Of a DNA stretch of 64,000 nucleotides, positions 11,351-24,242 are shown in pieces. A model generated the notes under the pieces. The model had not been told where the DNA came from. It did not search any database and worked only from the letters and a program-made list of their open reading frames with translations. Both the position numbers and the translations under genes were made by a program. Every line of letters starts with the position of its first letter. The first letter of the stretch is position 1. Source of the DNA: Centroscyllium fabricii (Eukaryota); the NCBI GenBank assembly GCA_051313645.2, contig JBNRSN020000161.1, forward strand, positions 682,001 through 746,000, written 5' to 3'.

Positions 11351-14300
11351 GTGTTTCTATGAAAAGCAGCGTGCTGCAGGGCCCGCGCACGGTGAGCTGG
11401 CTTCTGAATAGAAAAAACGTGCACGTGCTGAATTTTGAATGGGCCGCACAACAAATTAGAGGGACCATTGCCTACAACTCTCCGATCATATAATAGAATG
11501 GTTGCAGCACAGAAGGAGGTCATTCGGCCCATCGAGCCCATTCCAACTCTCTGCCAGAGCACTTCAGCTAGTTCCACACCCCCGCCCTTTCCCCGTAGCC
11601 CTGCAAAATCTTTTCCAACAGGTATTTATCCAATTCTCTTCTGAAAGCCACAATTGAATCTGTCTCCAGGACCCTTTCGGGCAGTGATTTCCAGATGCTA
11701 ACCACTCGCTGCGTAAAAACGTTTTTCCTCATGTCGCCTTTGATCTCTGTGCTCCTGCAATTCGGGCCTCTTGCGTATCCCATACTTTATTCGCTCCACC
11801 GCTGGCGGGCGTGCTTTCAGCTACCTCGGCCCTGAACTCTGGAATTTCCTCCCGAAACCTTTCCGCCTCTGTCTCTCCTCCTTTAAGACGCTCGTTAAAA
11901 CCTACCTTTTTGAACAAGCTTTTGGTCATCTGTCCTAATATCTCCTTCTGCGGCTTGGTGTCAAATTTTGTTTGATAACACTGCTGTGGAGTGCCTTGGG
12001 ACGTTTCACTATGTTAAAGACGCTATATAATTACAAGATGATGAGTAAATAAGGAGAAACTGTTTCCGGTGTCAGAAGGGTCAGAAACCAGGGGTCACAG
12101 ATTTAAGAAAATTTGCAAAAGAACCAGAGGTGACAGCAGGATGTTTCCCTGCCTCCCCCTAACGTACCTCGAGGTGACATAAGGTAAAAAAAAATGATGC
12201 AGCAAATTGTTGTGACTACTGGAGTGCACTGCCTGATAAGGTGGTGGAAGCAAATTGAATAGTAATGTGGAAAAGGTAATTTGGATAATATTTGAAGGTA
12301 AAATAATTGCAGGGCTTTGGTGAAAGAACAGAGGAGTGGGATTAATTGGATAGCCCTTTGAAAGAGCCGGCAGAGGCACGATGGGCCGAATGGCCTGGTT
12401 CTGTGCTGTATCATTGTTTGGGAGTTAATAAGTTTGAACATTTTGCCGAAGTGCAGAGTTGGCATGCAGCTTTGAAAAATTGGTTGTATGCGATGTATAA
12501 TTGTTGATTTTTTGTGCAAAATGTGTAATTTGTGAGTTGTAAGGCTGAAAATAACTGTGATGGGGAGGTGCCGGTGTTGGACTGGGGTGGACAAATGCAA
12601 GAAGCCACACAACACCAGGTTATAGTCCAACAGTTTTATTTGAAATCACAAGCTTTCGGAGCGCTGCTCCTTCGCCAGGTGAAAGAGAAGTTGATCCAAA
12701 GACAGCACATATACAAGTGAGAGAGAAATCGAATCTCTCCCACATCTCACCTCAGCAGAGAGACAAACAGAGCAGACAAAGGTGTTTTCACATATTTTAA
12801 CATATTAATCAGGCATCAGTCTGAGATCAATGAGGCACAGTCACAAAGGGTCAAATGCTGCAGTCCTGTGTCTGTGCGAAAACACACAGAATGATTTTTT
12901 TTTTGAAGGATTTTCCTTACAAGGCAAAGACGACTCTAGTCTGGATGACTCTACGCCAGGCAGGGTCACATGTAGCGCGACATGAAGCCATTATCACGGT
13001 TGAGGCCGTCCTCATGGGTGCGGAATTTTGGCGATCAGCCTCTGCTCGACGCTTTTGCGTTGTCGGGTGTCTCGAAGGCCGCCTTGGAGAATGCTTACCC
13101 GAAGATCGGAGGCTGAATGTCGTTGACTGCTGAAGTGTTCCCCGACTGGGAGGGAAGACTCCTGCCTGGCAATTGTTGTGCGGTGTCCGTTCATCCGTTG
13201 TCGTAGTGTTTGCATGGTCTCGCCGATGAACCATGTCTTTTCCTGCAACGAATCACCGGTACCCAGCTACCGTCAATGGAAAGCATCTACCTCAAACGCT
13301 GCTTACTGAGGTCTATGAACATTATTAAAGTCCCCACACACCCCAGCCACAGTCTGTTCGCCCCCCTGCCCTCCGGGAGACGCTACAGAGCAATTCGCAC
13401 CCGCTCGACTAGATTTAAGAACAGCTTCTTCCCCAGGGCTGTCAGCCTCCTGAACTCTAAAAATAAACTCCGGTACCTGCACGCCTGATAATGTACTTTA
13501 CTGTATGCAATTTGCATGTAATTTATTTGCACTACTCTCGGGAGAGTCGAGTCTTCGTCTCGTTGTATTGTACTAGTACTCTGCAATGACAATAAAACTT
13601 GAATTGAATTGAATTGAATTGTCACATTCACTCACTGTGGTTGAAATATTTCACCAATAAACCTACCTTCTTTTGTTTAAGTGGGTTTCACATTTTTTGT
13701 CTTATAATAGTCCTGTGAAGCACCTTGGGACGTTTTTACTACCTTAAAGACGCTATATAAATATAAGTTGTTGTAGTTTGCAATCTTTCTCACTCTTTTC
13801 AGTTTGATCATTGTCCTCATAGTGAATAAATGATATAAGGAAAAGCCACATTAAGAGCTTAAAGACAAAGCTGGAAAATAAATGTTCCTTAATGTTGTTA
13901 TATGTAAGGGAGACACTGGAAATATGAGGTATTCGAGCCAACAGTGCAGCAATCGTAACTTCCTCCAGCATGGTCAGTGCTTCTAGTAAGGCTTTCTCCT
14001 GTTCTGTCTCAGTCATGCCTGAAATCAAAATGATGTCCCGTGGCAGGGAATATGACCAGGACCTTCTAAGAACCGTGGCATTTTCCTTTGCAAACAACAT
14101 GAGAGGGCTGTCCTATGATGAGAGATTGTGTAGAATGGGCCTATACTCTCAGGAGTTTAGAAGAATGAGAGGTGATCTCATTGAAACATGCAAGATTCTG
14201 AAGGGGATTGACAGGATAGAAGCTGAGAGGTTGTTCCCCCTGGCTGCAGTGTCTAGAACTAGGGTGCACAGTCTCAGGATAAGGGGTTTTGCCCTGGCTG

Positions 14301-15907
14301 CAGTGTATAGAACTGGGGGGCATAGTCTCAGGATAAGGGGTAGGCCATTTAAGACCGACATGAGGAGGAATTTCTTCACCCAGAGAGTGGTGAACCTATG
14401 GAATTCTCTGCCACAGAGGGTGGTGGAGGCCAGTTCATTAAATATATTCAAGAAGGAGTTAGATATATTCCTTAAGGCTAAAGGGATCAAGGGATATGGG
14501 GAGAAGGCACAGACAGGTTACTGAATTTGGATGATCAGCCATGATCTCATTGAATGGCGGAGCAGGCTCGAGGGGCTGAATGGCCTACTCCTGCTCCTAT
14601 CTTCTATGTTTCTGTGTTTCTATGAAAAGCAGCGTGCTGCAGGGCCCGCGCACGGTGAGCTGGCTTCTGAATAGAAAAAACGTGCACGTGCTGAATTTTG
14701 AATGGGCCGCACAACAAATTAGAGGGACCATTGCCTACAACTCTCCGATCATATAATAGAATGGTTGCAGCACAGAAGGAGGTCATTCGGCCCATCGAGC
14801 CCATTCCAACTCTCTGCCAGAGCACTTCAGCTAGTTCCACACCCCCGCCCTTTCCCCGTAGCCCTGCAAAATCTTTTCCAACAGGTATTTATCCAATTCT
14901 CTTCTGAAAGCCACAATTGAATCTGTCTCCAGGACCCTTTCGGGCAGTGATTTCCAGATGCTAACCACTCGCTGCGTAAAAACGTTTTTCCTCATGTCGC
15001 CTTTGATCTCTGTGCTCCTGCAATTCAGGCCTCTTGCGTATCCCATACTTTATTCGCTCCACCGCTGGCGGGCGTGCTTTCAGCTACCTCGGCCCTGAAC
15101 TCTGGAATTTCCTCCCGAAACCTTTCCGCCTCTGTCTCTCCTCCTTTAAGACGCTCGTTAAAACCTACCTTTTTGAACAAGCTTTTGGTCATCTGTCCTA
15201 ATATCTCCTTCTGCGGCTTGGTGTCAAATTTTGTTTGATAACACTGCTGTGGAGTGCCTTGGGACGTTTCACTATGTTAAAGAGGCTATATAATTACAAG
15301 ATGATGAGTAAATAAGGAGAAACTGTTTCCGGTGTCAGAAGGGTCAGAAACCAGGGGACACAGATTTAAGAAAATTTGCAAAAGAACCAGAGGCGACAGC
15401 AGGATGTTTCCCTGCCTCCCCCTACCGTACCTTGAGGTGACATAAGGTAAAAAAAAATGATGCAGCAAATTGTTGTGACTACTGGGAGTGCACTGCCTGA
15501 TAAGGTGGTGGAAGCAAATTGAATAGTAATGTGGAAAAGGTAATTTGGATAATATTTAAAGGTAAAATAATTGCAGGGCTTTGGTGAAAGAACAGAGGAG
15601 TGGGATTAATTGGATAGCCCTTTGAAAGAGCCGGCAGAGGCACGATGGGCCGAAAGGCCTGGTTCTGTGCTGTATCATTGTTCGGGAGTTAATAAGTTTG
15701 AACATTTGCCGAAGTGCAGAGTTGGCATGCAGCTTTGAAAAATTGGTTGTATGCAGTGTATAATTGTTGGTTTTTGGGCAAAATGTGTAATTTGTGAGTT
15801 GTAAGGCTGAAAATAACTGTGATGTGGAGGTGCCGGTGTTGGACTGGGGTGGACAAATGCAAGAAGTCACACAACACCAGGTTATAGTCCAACAGTTTTA
15901 TTTGAAA

Positions 15908-15944
15908 TCACAAGCTTTCGGAGCGCTGCTCCTTCGTCAGGTGA
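15908..15944 (-). ncRNA. Minimal hammerhead ribozyme (intact core)
   Basis: Minus strand TCAC-CTGACGA-AGGAGCAGCGCTCC-GAAAGCTT-GTGA. Confidence 0.8.
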
Positions 15945-16857
15945 AAGAGAAGTTGATCCAAAGACAGCACATATACAAGTGAGAGAGAAATCGAATCTCT
16001 CCCACATCTCACCTCAGCAGAGAGACAAACAGAGCAGACAAAGGTGTTTTCACATATTTTAACATATTAATCAGGCATCAGTCTGAGATCAATGAGGTAT
16101 AGTCACAAAGGGTCAAATTGCTGTAGTCCTGTGTCTGTGCGAAAACACACAGAATGATTAAAAAAAAGGATTTTCCTTACAAGGCAAAGACGACTCTAGT
16201 CTGGATGACTCTACGTCAGGCAGGGTCACATGTAGCGCGACATGAAGCCAATATCACGGTTGAGGCCGTCCTCATGGGTGCGGAATTTGGCTATCAGCCT
16301 CTGCTCGACGCTTTTGCGTTGTCGGGTGTCTCGAAGGCCGCCTTGGAGAATGCTTACCCGAAGATCGGAGGCTGAATGTCGTTGACTGCTGAAGTGTTCC
16401 CCGACTGGGAGGGAACACTCCTGCCTGGCAATTGTTGTGCGGTGTCGGTTCATCCGTTGTCGTAGTGTTTGCATGGTCTCGCCGATGAACCATGTCCTTT
16501 CCTGCAACGTATGAGGTAGACAACGTTGGTCGAGTCACATGAGTATGTACCATGTACCTGGTGTGTGGTGTCCTCACGTGTGATGACGTAGAGTCATCCA
16601 GACTGGAGTCGTCTTTGTCTTGTAAGGAAAATCCTTTTTTTTTAAAAATCATTCTGTGTGTTTTCGCACAGACACAGGACTGCAGCATTTGACCATTTGT
16701 GACTGTGCCTGTTTGATCTCAGACTGATGCCTGATTAATATGTTAAAATATGTGAAAACACCTTTGTCTGCTCTGTTTGTCTCTCTGCTGAGGTGAGATG
16801 TGGGAGAGATTCGATTTCTCTGTCCTTTGTATTTGTGCTGTCTTTGGATCAACTTCT

Positions 16858-16894
16858 TCACCTGACGAAGGAGCAGCGCTCGGAAAGCTTGTGA
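16858..16894 (+). ncRNA. Minimal hammerhead ribozyme, stem II closing pair mismatched
   Basis: TCAC-CTGACGA-AGGAGCAGCGCTCG-GAAAGCTT-GTGA. Confidence 0.65.
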
Positions 16895-17164
16895 TTTCAA
16901 ATAAAACTGTTGGACTTTAAGCTGGTGTGTGATTTGTTGCATTTGAAAATAACTGAACGTAGAGATGAAATGTGAGCATTTGGATGGCTTATGAGGCGAT
17001 TTGAAGAGACTGTATGCTGAGTTGTTGAAAAAGTATTTTTTTGTGTCGCAGCTCCCTCTGTCGGGAAGAAAGCAAAATTAAAATTGAAAGCAAAGGTAAC
17101 GGTGCAGTTGACATGTTAATTGAAAAGGGAAATGCAGTTGAAATTCTAATTTTAATTGTAAAGC

Positions 17165-17328
17165 CAGGGGAGAGCGCGAACGCAGTCCCCCACTACCACA
17201 AATTTTGCAGTCGAGTATCCCGCATTTGGGGACATCGCAGGCGTCAGCACACCCGAAGTGCAATGGGTTAGCCTCGTCCTGGGAGAACCACCTTCTTGAT
17301 CATGGTCTCTCCCCTACCAGGTAAGTAT
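17165..17328 (-). ncRNA. RNU1: U1 spliceosomal snRNA gene (copy 1, 164 nt)
   Basis: Minus strand ATACTTACCTGGTAGGGGAGAGACCATGATCAAGAAGGTGG...CCATTGCAC...AATTTGTGGTAGTGGGGGACTGCGTTCGCGCTCTCCCCTG, with the 5' splice-site pairing end, U1-70K loop, U1A loop, Sm site and SL4. Confidence 0.97.
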
Positions 17329-17370
17329 AATTTTTATTTGCACACACTGCCTCGCCACATCAAATACTGC

Positions 17371-17532
17371 CTCTTACCGTCTCAACGACTCATTTTGGAA
17401 ACTCACAATGTCCCTTCATTCACAAAACGCTGTGCTTTCTCCTGTCGATTCTGCCAAAATATTGCAATATATAATGTTATACCCTTTGACAAAACGCTGC
17501 AGCAATACAGAGCCGGCCATCAATATTTGCAT
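17371..17532 (-). promoter_or_regulatory. snRNA promoter of U1 copy 1: PSE-position motif (17371-17390) and DSE octamer (17525-17532)
   Basis: A perfect octamer ATTTGCAT lies ~200 bp upstream of the start. The motif ending TAAGAG lies 42 nt upstream and is shared with the other copies. Confidence 0.7.
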
Positions 17533-17945
17533 ATTGCCCTTAAAAGGAAACCAACGCTCCTTCAGTAATTTTCCTTCAGGCCACGGAAAGTTTTCCGGAA
17601 ATAAATCCCTGGTTATATTTATTGCATCTGAAGTAAATGTTTGTCATATCTTCATATGAAAAATAATTCAGAATCTGATGTGTTTGAAAAAGCAATTTTC
17701 AAGTTTTGCCCATAAAGACCAATAGAGACAGAGTGAGGTTCTGGCCCATCAAGTCTTCATCACTTGTACGAGATTTCAGAACAGCTTCTTCCCCAGGGCT
17801 GTCAGCCTCCTGAACTCTAAAAAGAAACTCCGGTACCTGCACGCCTGATAATGTACTTTACTGTATGCAATTTGCATGTAATTTATTTATTTTATTTGCA
17901 CTACTCTCGGGAGAGTCGAGTCTTCGTCTCGTTGTATTGTACTAG

Positions 17946-20900
17946 TGTGACCGAAATAACGACCTCGTGGACGAGTAGTTAGGAAGAGAAACAATGCGGC
18001 TTTTATTAACTAAAGGTGGGACATACACCAGCTAGTCGACCGTCCCCCGGCATGGCCGGGCGATGGGGAGGCCACCACTTATATACCCCCTCCTGGGAGG
18101 GAGGAGATGTGGGCGGAGCCAACCTGGGCATATCCCAGTAATCGTGTCACAGGTTTATGTACAGGTACATGGTATTGGGTACGATTACATCTATACAGGT
18201 AGGGTAAGTATATACAACAATAACAATGAGAAACAGTGGTTTATCACATTCACCCCTTCTTTAAAACAAAAGTCCGGCGGGGTGAATGGAAAAGTTCTTT
18301 ATTTATAGGTTAAGTCGCTCCGGCGGTCTGGTGATCCTTGTCGAGCGTCGCACCGCTGGTGGTGTCCGCGGACGCGGAGTGGCCGGCCGAGTCGGTTGTA
18401 GCGATGGTGCTGCTGCTGGTTGGCAGGCGGTGGTCGTCGGTTGGTTTCTGGGTGGTGGTGGTGCCCTTATACTGACAGTAGGACGTGCGCTCTCTCCCTT
18501 GTCGTCTGACTCTAGGGGGCATGCGCTGTGGAGCCATGCTGGGGGCCATGCCGTGCTGCTCGCAGGTGCCGGGTGGGCATACTGGGGTACTGGGTCCACG
18601 TGCCGGGGAGCGTACCTTGGCGCCGGTGGCTGGGGTGGCGTGACTGGGCGTCTTGGGTGCGCTGGCTGCTGGGCGGGGCTTCTTGGGTGCGCGGGCTGCT
18701 GGGCGGGGCTTCTTGGGTGCGCAGGCTGCGGGGCGGGGCTGGGTTTGGGGACTCCTGCTGGTGCCAGGTCCTTGATGGACACTGTGTCCTCCCTCCCGTC
18801 GGGGTACGCCACGTAGGCGTACTGGGGATTGGCGTGCAGGAGATGGACCCGTTCGACCAGGGGATCTGCCTTGTGGCCCCTCACGTGCTTCCGTAGTAGG
18901 ACCGGTCCCGGGGATAGCAACCACGATGGTAGCGAGGTCCCGGAAGCCGACTTCCTGGGGAAGGCAAAATGTCGTTCGTGAGGGGTGGCATTAGTGGCAG
19001 TACACAGGAGGGACCGGATAGAGTGGAGCGCTTCAGGGAGGACGTCCTGCCATCGGGAGACTGGGAGGTTTTTAGACCTTAGGGCTAACAGGATGGCCTT
19101 CCAGACAGTGGCGTTCTCCCTCTCTACCTGTCCGTTCCCCCGGGGGTTGCAGCTGGTAGTCCTGCTAGTCGCGATGCCTTTGGCTAGCAGAAACTGACGC
19201 AGCTCGTCACTCATAAAGGACGCCCCCCGGTCACTATGAATGTAGTTGGGATAGCCGAACAGGGAGAAGATGCTATTGAGGGCTTTCATGATGGTGGCGG
19301 AGGTCATGTCCGGGCAGGGGATGGCAAAGGGGAAGCGGGAGTACTCATCGATAACATTAAGGAAGTACACATTCCTGTTGGAGGAGGGAAGGGGTCCTTT
19401 GAAATCGACGCTGAGTCGTTCAAAGGGGCGAGTGGCCTTAATCAAGTGCGCCCGGTCTGGCCGGTAGAAGTGCGGCTTGCACTCCGCGCAGACCTGGCAG
19501 TTGCTGGTCAGGGTCTTGACCTCTTCGATAGAGTAAGGGAGGTTGCGGGACTTCACAAAGTGAACCAACCTGGTGACCCCCGGGTGGCAGAGGTCATTGT
19601 GCAGGGTTTGGAGGCGGTCTGTCTGTGCGCCGGCACAGGTACCGCGGGATAGGGCGTCTGGGGGTTCGTTAAATTTCCCGGGCCGGTACAAGATATCATA
19701 ATTAAACGCGGAGAGTTCAATTCTCCACCTCAAGTTCAAGTTCAAGTTAAATTTTATTGTCACATATTTAAAACACAATTTAAACAGTGAAAAGCTTGCT
19801 GCTACCCGACACACCGTGCAACAACAACAACAACCGCGCAACAATTAAGCTGCCCGGCGCAACGAGCCCGCAAGATGTCAGCCATTCTCCGGCGCCATCC
19901 TCATGGATCCCGTTCCTGCTCTGGCCACTCAACCGTTGGTAAATTGTCCTCTCTCGCCCAGTCAATTCGCACTGCCACTGTTCCTTGCGTGGCCGCTCTC
20001 AGTCCGACTCCCCGAATCCACGGAGCTCCGAACTCCGGGCGCAGCGTCCTGAGGCCTGAAGCCTAGCCCTCTCCGAGTGCTCCATCCCAGCTCCCCTGAG
20101 CTCCGAACTCCAGCGCTCCCCTGAGCTCCGAACTCCAGCGCTCCCCGCAGCTCGACGCAGGCTCCCCGGAACGCCAAGCCAAGGCCGTCCCGATACCCCG
20201 GAGGTCCGAACCCCGGACCGAGGCCGAACTGATGCGGCGTCCTGGGGCTGAACCGTGCCCCGCATCTCACCGGCTCTCACCCGGCGCCGCCGACGTCAAA
20301 TGGCGGTCGACCAGAACGGATTGACTCTACGAAGAGGAGTCGAGGTACAGCCGCCCGATGGCGGCCGTCCTGCCAGAACCGGAACCGGAATTCTCTTGTC
20401 GTTCTTGATTTTACCCCGCTCCTTGTTGTTGAACATAAAAGCGACTGATCGTTGGTCAGTCAGCAGGGTAAAACGCTTGCTGGCCAGGTAGTGCTTCCAG
20501 TGACGCACTGCTTCAACGATGGCCTGGGCCTCCTTCTCGACTGAGGAGTGACGGGTCTCGGGGCCCTGGAGGGTACGCGAGAAGAAGGCCACGGGTCTGC
20601 CCGCCTGGTTAAGGGTGGCGGCCAGGGCAAAGTCCGATGCATCGCTCTCGACCTGAAAGGGGACGGACTCGTCCACAGCGTGCATCGTGGCTTTTGCAAT
20701 GTCGTTCTTAATGCTGCAGAACGCCGAGCTGGCTTCTGCGGACAGGGGAAAAGAGGTAGATTTGAGCAGTGGGCGAGCCTTGTCCGCGTAATTGGGGACC
20801 CACTGGGCGTAATACGCAAAGAACCCCAAGCACCGTTTAAGGGCCTTGGGGGAGTGGGGGAGGGGGAGCTCCATGAGGGGGCGCATGTGGTCCGGGTCGG

Positions 20901-22250
20901 GACCGATGACCCCATTCTCCACAACACTGCCAAGGATGGCCAGACGGGTAGTACTAAACACGCACTTTTCGGTGTTATAAGTTAAGTTAAGTGTTTTGGC
21001 GGTGTGGAGACATTTCTGGAGGTTGGCGTCATGGTCCTGCTGGTCGTGGCCGCAGATGGTCACGTTATCGAGGTACGGGAAAGTGGCTCGCAGCCCGTAC
21101 CGATCGACCATTCGGTCCATCTCCCTTTGGAAGACCGAGACCCCATTCGTGACGCCAAACGGGACCCTAAGGAAGTGATAGAGGCAACCGTCAGCCTCGA
21201 AGGCTGTATAGAGACGGTCCTCTGGGCGAATGGGAAGCTGGTGGTAAGCGGACTTGAGATCGATGGTGGAGAACACCCTGAACTGTGCGATCTGGTTCAC
21301 CATGTCCGATATCCGGGGAAGGGGGTAGGCATCTAACTGGGTGAACCGGTTTATGGTCTGACTGTAGTCAACGACCATCCGGTTCTTCTCTCCGGTTTTG
21401 ACCACCACTACCTGCGCCCTCCAGAGGCTATTACTGGCCTCGATGACCCCCTCTTTCAGGAGGCGCTGCACCTCGGACTTAATAAAGTCCATGTCCCCAG
21501 CACTGTAGCGCCTACTCTTGGTGGTGACGGGCTTGCAGTCTGGGGTGAGGTTGGCGAAGAGTGAGGGGGGGGCGACCTTAAGGGTCGAGAGGCCACAGGT
21601 AGCGTGCCGGGGGTGCTGCACTGAGCGCCGGTTTCTGACCGTGAGCGAGGGAAGGGGCCCACCGAACGCCATGGTAACACTCTGGAGGTGGCACTGGAAG
21701 TCCAGGCCCAAAAGAAATGGGGCGCAGAGCTGCGGCAGCACGAAAAAACTAAAATTATCAAAGAGCGCGCCCTGTACCGTTAGTGCAACTGTGCAACGCC
21801 CGGAGACGTCCGCGGATTCTGATTTAGAAGCCATCGAAATTCTTTGGCTCGCAGGTATAACCTTAAGGGAGAGGCGCTCTACTGTCTCGGGATGAATAAA
21901 ACTCACCGTGCTCCCACTGTCGAAAAGGCACACCACTTCTTGTCCATTTACTTCTACAGGCATCATCGAATTCCCGAGCGGTTCGGCCTTGTTCTGGCCG
22001 AGAGTCACCGATGCCAATATTGGGTCAGCCGATTCTTCTTGATCCAAAGAGTAGTCCTCCGGTGCTGATCCCCAAGATGGCTGCCGCCATGTGGTGTACT
22101 GCGGAGGGGGTGGCTGGGTCCAATATGGCGACTGCTGCCACGCGGGGAGCTGAGTGGGGGATGGTTGAGTCCAATATGGCTGCTCCCATGTTCCACACGC
22201 GGCGCTGCCCGGTTTCGGTTTCGTGGTTGATGTGGTCGCCTTACAGACTT
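17946..22250 (-). mobile_element. Gypsy element B: 3' LTR 17946-18248, PR-RT-RNaseH-IN, 5'-truncated in gag
   Basis: ORF 20296..22047 (LFDSGS protease, PYLDNV RT, ESDASD RNase H) and ORF 18303..19844 (HHCC, rve integrase). PPT GGGGTGAA. Interrupted by an insertion at ~19735-20392. Confidence 0.95.
19735..20392 (-). mobile_element. GC-rich non-autonomous non-LTR element inserted in Gypsy B RNase H
   Basis: Splits the KNDK|ILRWRIEL motif. The minus strand ends in GACAATAAAATTT(AACTTG)3, and there is an internal 29-bp tandem repeat at ~20089-20146. Confidence 0.7.
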
Positions 22251-22767
22251 TGGCATCAGTCTGAGATCAGTGAGGCACAGTCACAAAGGGTCAAATGCTG
22301 CAGTCCTGTGTCTGTGCGAAAACACACAGAATGATTTTTTTAAAAGGATTTTCCTTACAAGACAAACACGACTCTAGTCTGGATGACTCTACGTCAGGCA
22401 GGGTCACATGTAGCGTGACATGAAGCCAATATCACGGTTGAGGTCGTCCTCATGGGTGCGAAATTTGGCTATCAGCCTCTGCTCGACGCTTTTGCGTTGT
22501 CGGGTGTCTCGAAGGCCACCTTGGAGAATGCTTACCCGAAGATCGGAGGCTGAATGTCGTTGACTGCTGAAGTGTTCCCCGACTGGGAGGGAACACTCCT
22601 GCCTGGCAATTGTTGTGCGGTGTCCGTTCATCCGTTGTCGTAGTGTTTGCATGGTCTCGCCGATGAACCATGTCTTTTCCTGCAACGTATGAGGTAGACA
22701 ACGTTGGTCGAGTCACATGAGTATGTACCATGTACCTGGTGTGTGGTGTCCTCACGTGTCCTCACAG

Positions 22768-23168
22768 GGCGGCACGGTGGCACAGTGGATAGCACTGTTG
22801 TCTCACAGCACTGGAGACCCGGGTTCAAATCCAGCCTCGGGTACTATCTGTGTGGAGTTTGCACATTCTCCCCGTGTCTGCGTGGGTTTCCTCCGGGTGC
22901 TCCGGTTTCCTCCCACAGTCCAAAGATGTGCGGGATTAGGTTGATTGGCCATGATAAATTGACCCTTAGTGTTAGGGGGATTAAATAGGTGGGGTTACGG
23001 GGATAGGGTGGGATATGTGTTGATGGAGGCTCGATAGGGATATGGGGAGAGGGCAGGGGCGGGGTACTGGGTTTGGATGATCAGCCATGATCTCATTGAA
23101 TGGCGGAGCAGGCTCGAAGGCCCAAATGGCCTACTCCTGCTCCTAGTTTCTATGTTTCTATGTTTCTA
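22768..23168 (+). mobile_element. V-SINE (HE1-like); further copies at 32543-32963(+), 34510-34915(+), 31420-31700(-), 38470-38728(-), 40793-41026(-)
   Basis: tRNA-like A/B-box head, V-domain and (CTATGTTT)n tail. Confidence 0.88.
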
Positions 23169-23344
23169 TCATCCCCTCCCGGCACGCCAGCATTGGTGCC
23201 TCCATCCAACTAGGCCTCACACACTGGCATTCCCCTCTTAAAGCCCTCCCCTTCTGCACCTCTCACTCTTCCTTTTACGGTGCTCCTTAAAACCCACCTC
23301 TTGTACCAAGCTTTTGCTCACCCCCCCTAATATCTCAATGTTTG

Positions 23345-24242
23345 ATAAGAACATAACATAAGTAGGGGCAGGAGTAGGCCATACGGCCCCTCGGGCCTGC
23401 TCCGCCATTCAATAGGATCATGGCTGATCTGAACTTAGACTCACGTCCACTTCCCTGCCCTCTCCCCATAACCCCTTATTCCCCTATCAGTTCTCTGAAC
23501 TGCCTCGAGAGCAAGTATATCTTTTCTTAAATATGGAAATCAAAATTGTACGCAGTATTCCAGGTGTGGCCTCACCAGTACCCTGTATAACTGCAGCAAG
23601 ACTTCCCTGCTTTTATACTCCACCCCGTTGCAATAACAGCCAAGATTCCAATGGCCTTCCTGATTACCTGCTGTACCTGTATACTAACCTTCTGTGTTTC
23701 ATGCACTAGGACCCCCAGATCCCTTTGTACTGTAGCACTTTGCAGTTTCTCTCCATTTAGATAATAACTTGCTCTTTGATTTTTTTCTGCCAAAGTGCAT
23801 AACCTCACACTTTCCAACATTATATTCCATCTGCCAAATTTTTGCCCACTCACCTAGCCTGTCTATGTCATTTTGCAGGTTTTTTATGTCCTCCTCACTC
23901 ACTGCTTTCCCTCCCATCTTTGTATCGTCGGCAAACTTGGATACGTTGCACTCGGTCCATTCCTCCAAATTGTTAATATAGATTGTAAAGAGTTGGGGTC
24001 CCAGCACTGACCCCTGCGGAACACTACTAGTTACTGATTGCCAATCCGAGAATGAACCATTTATCCCAACTCTCTGTTTTCTGTTAGATAGCCAATCTTC
24101 CACCCATGCCAGTATATTGCCACCAATCCCATGATTTTTTATCTTGTGCAGTAATATTTTGTGTGGCACCTTGTCAAATGCCTTTTGGAAGTCCAAATAC
24201 ACCACATCCACTGGTTCCCCTTTATCCACCCTGTTTGTTGCT
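23345..24242 (-). mobile_element. CR1 LINE RT fragment with internal deletion and 3' tail
   Basis: ORF 23699..24253: VYLDFQKAFDKVPH...SVPQGSVLGPQLF...SKFADDTK. Confidence 0.9.

Larger units (their letters stand above)
8008..16509. repeat. Tandem segmental triplication, unit ~3263 bp (8008-11274, 11275-14537, partial 14538-16509)
   Basis: Near-identical ORFs recur at a 3263-bp offset (8466/11729, 10707/13970, 11341/14604). Each unit is a mosaic of CR1, L2, Penelope, Rex1 and U1-flank sequence. Confidence 0.95.
15854..16945 (-). mobile_element. Penelope-like element: 5'-truncated GIY-YIG 3' end flanked by inverted pseudo-LTRs
   Basis: The minus strand encodes YSCDSTNVVYLIRC and (frameshifted) WFIGETMQTLRQRMN...HF...EQRLI...GLNRD. 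15854-16218 is the reverse complement of 16584-16945, and each arm holds a hammerhead motif. Related copies lie at ~9300-9988, ~12563-13250 and 22252-22758. Confidence 0.85.

Noticed and set aside
22768-22840. tRNA genes at SINE heads
   Set aside because: These are tRNA-derived heads contiguous with the V-domain and CR1 tail; no complete cloverleaf.
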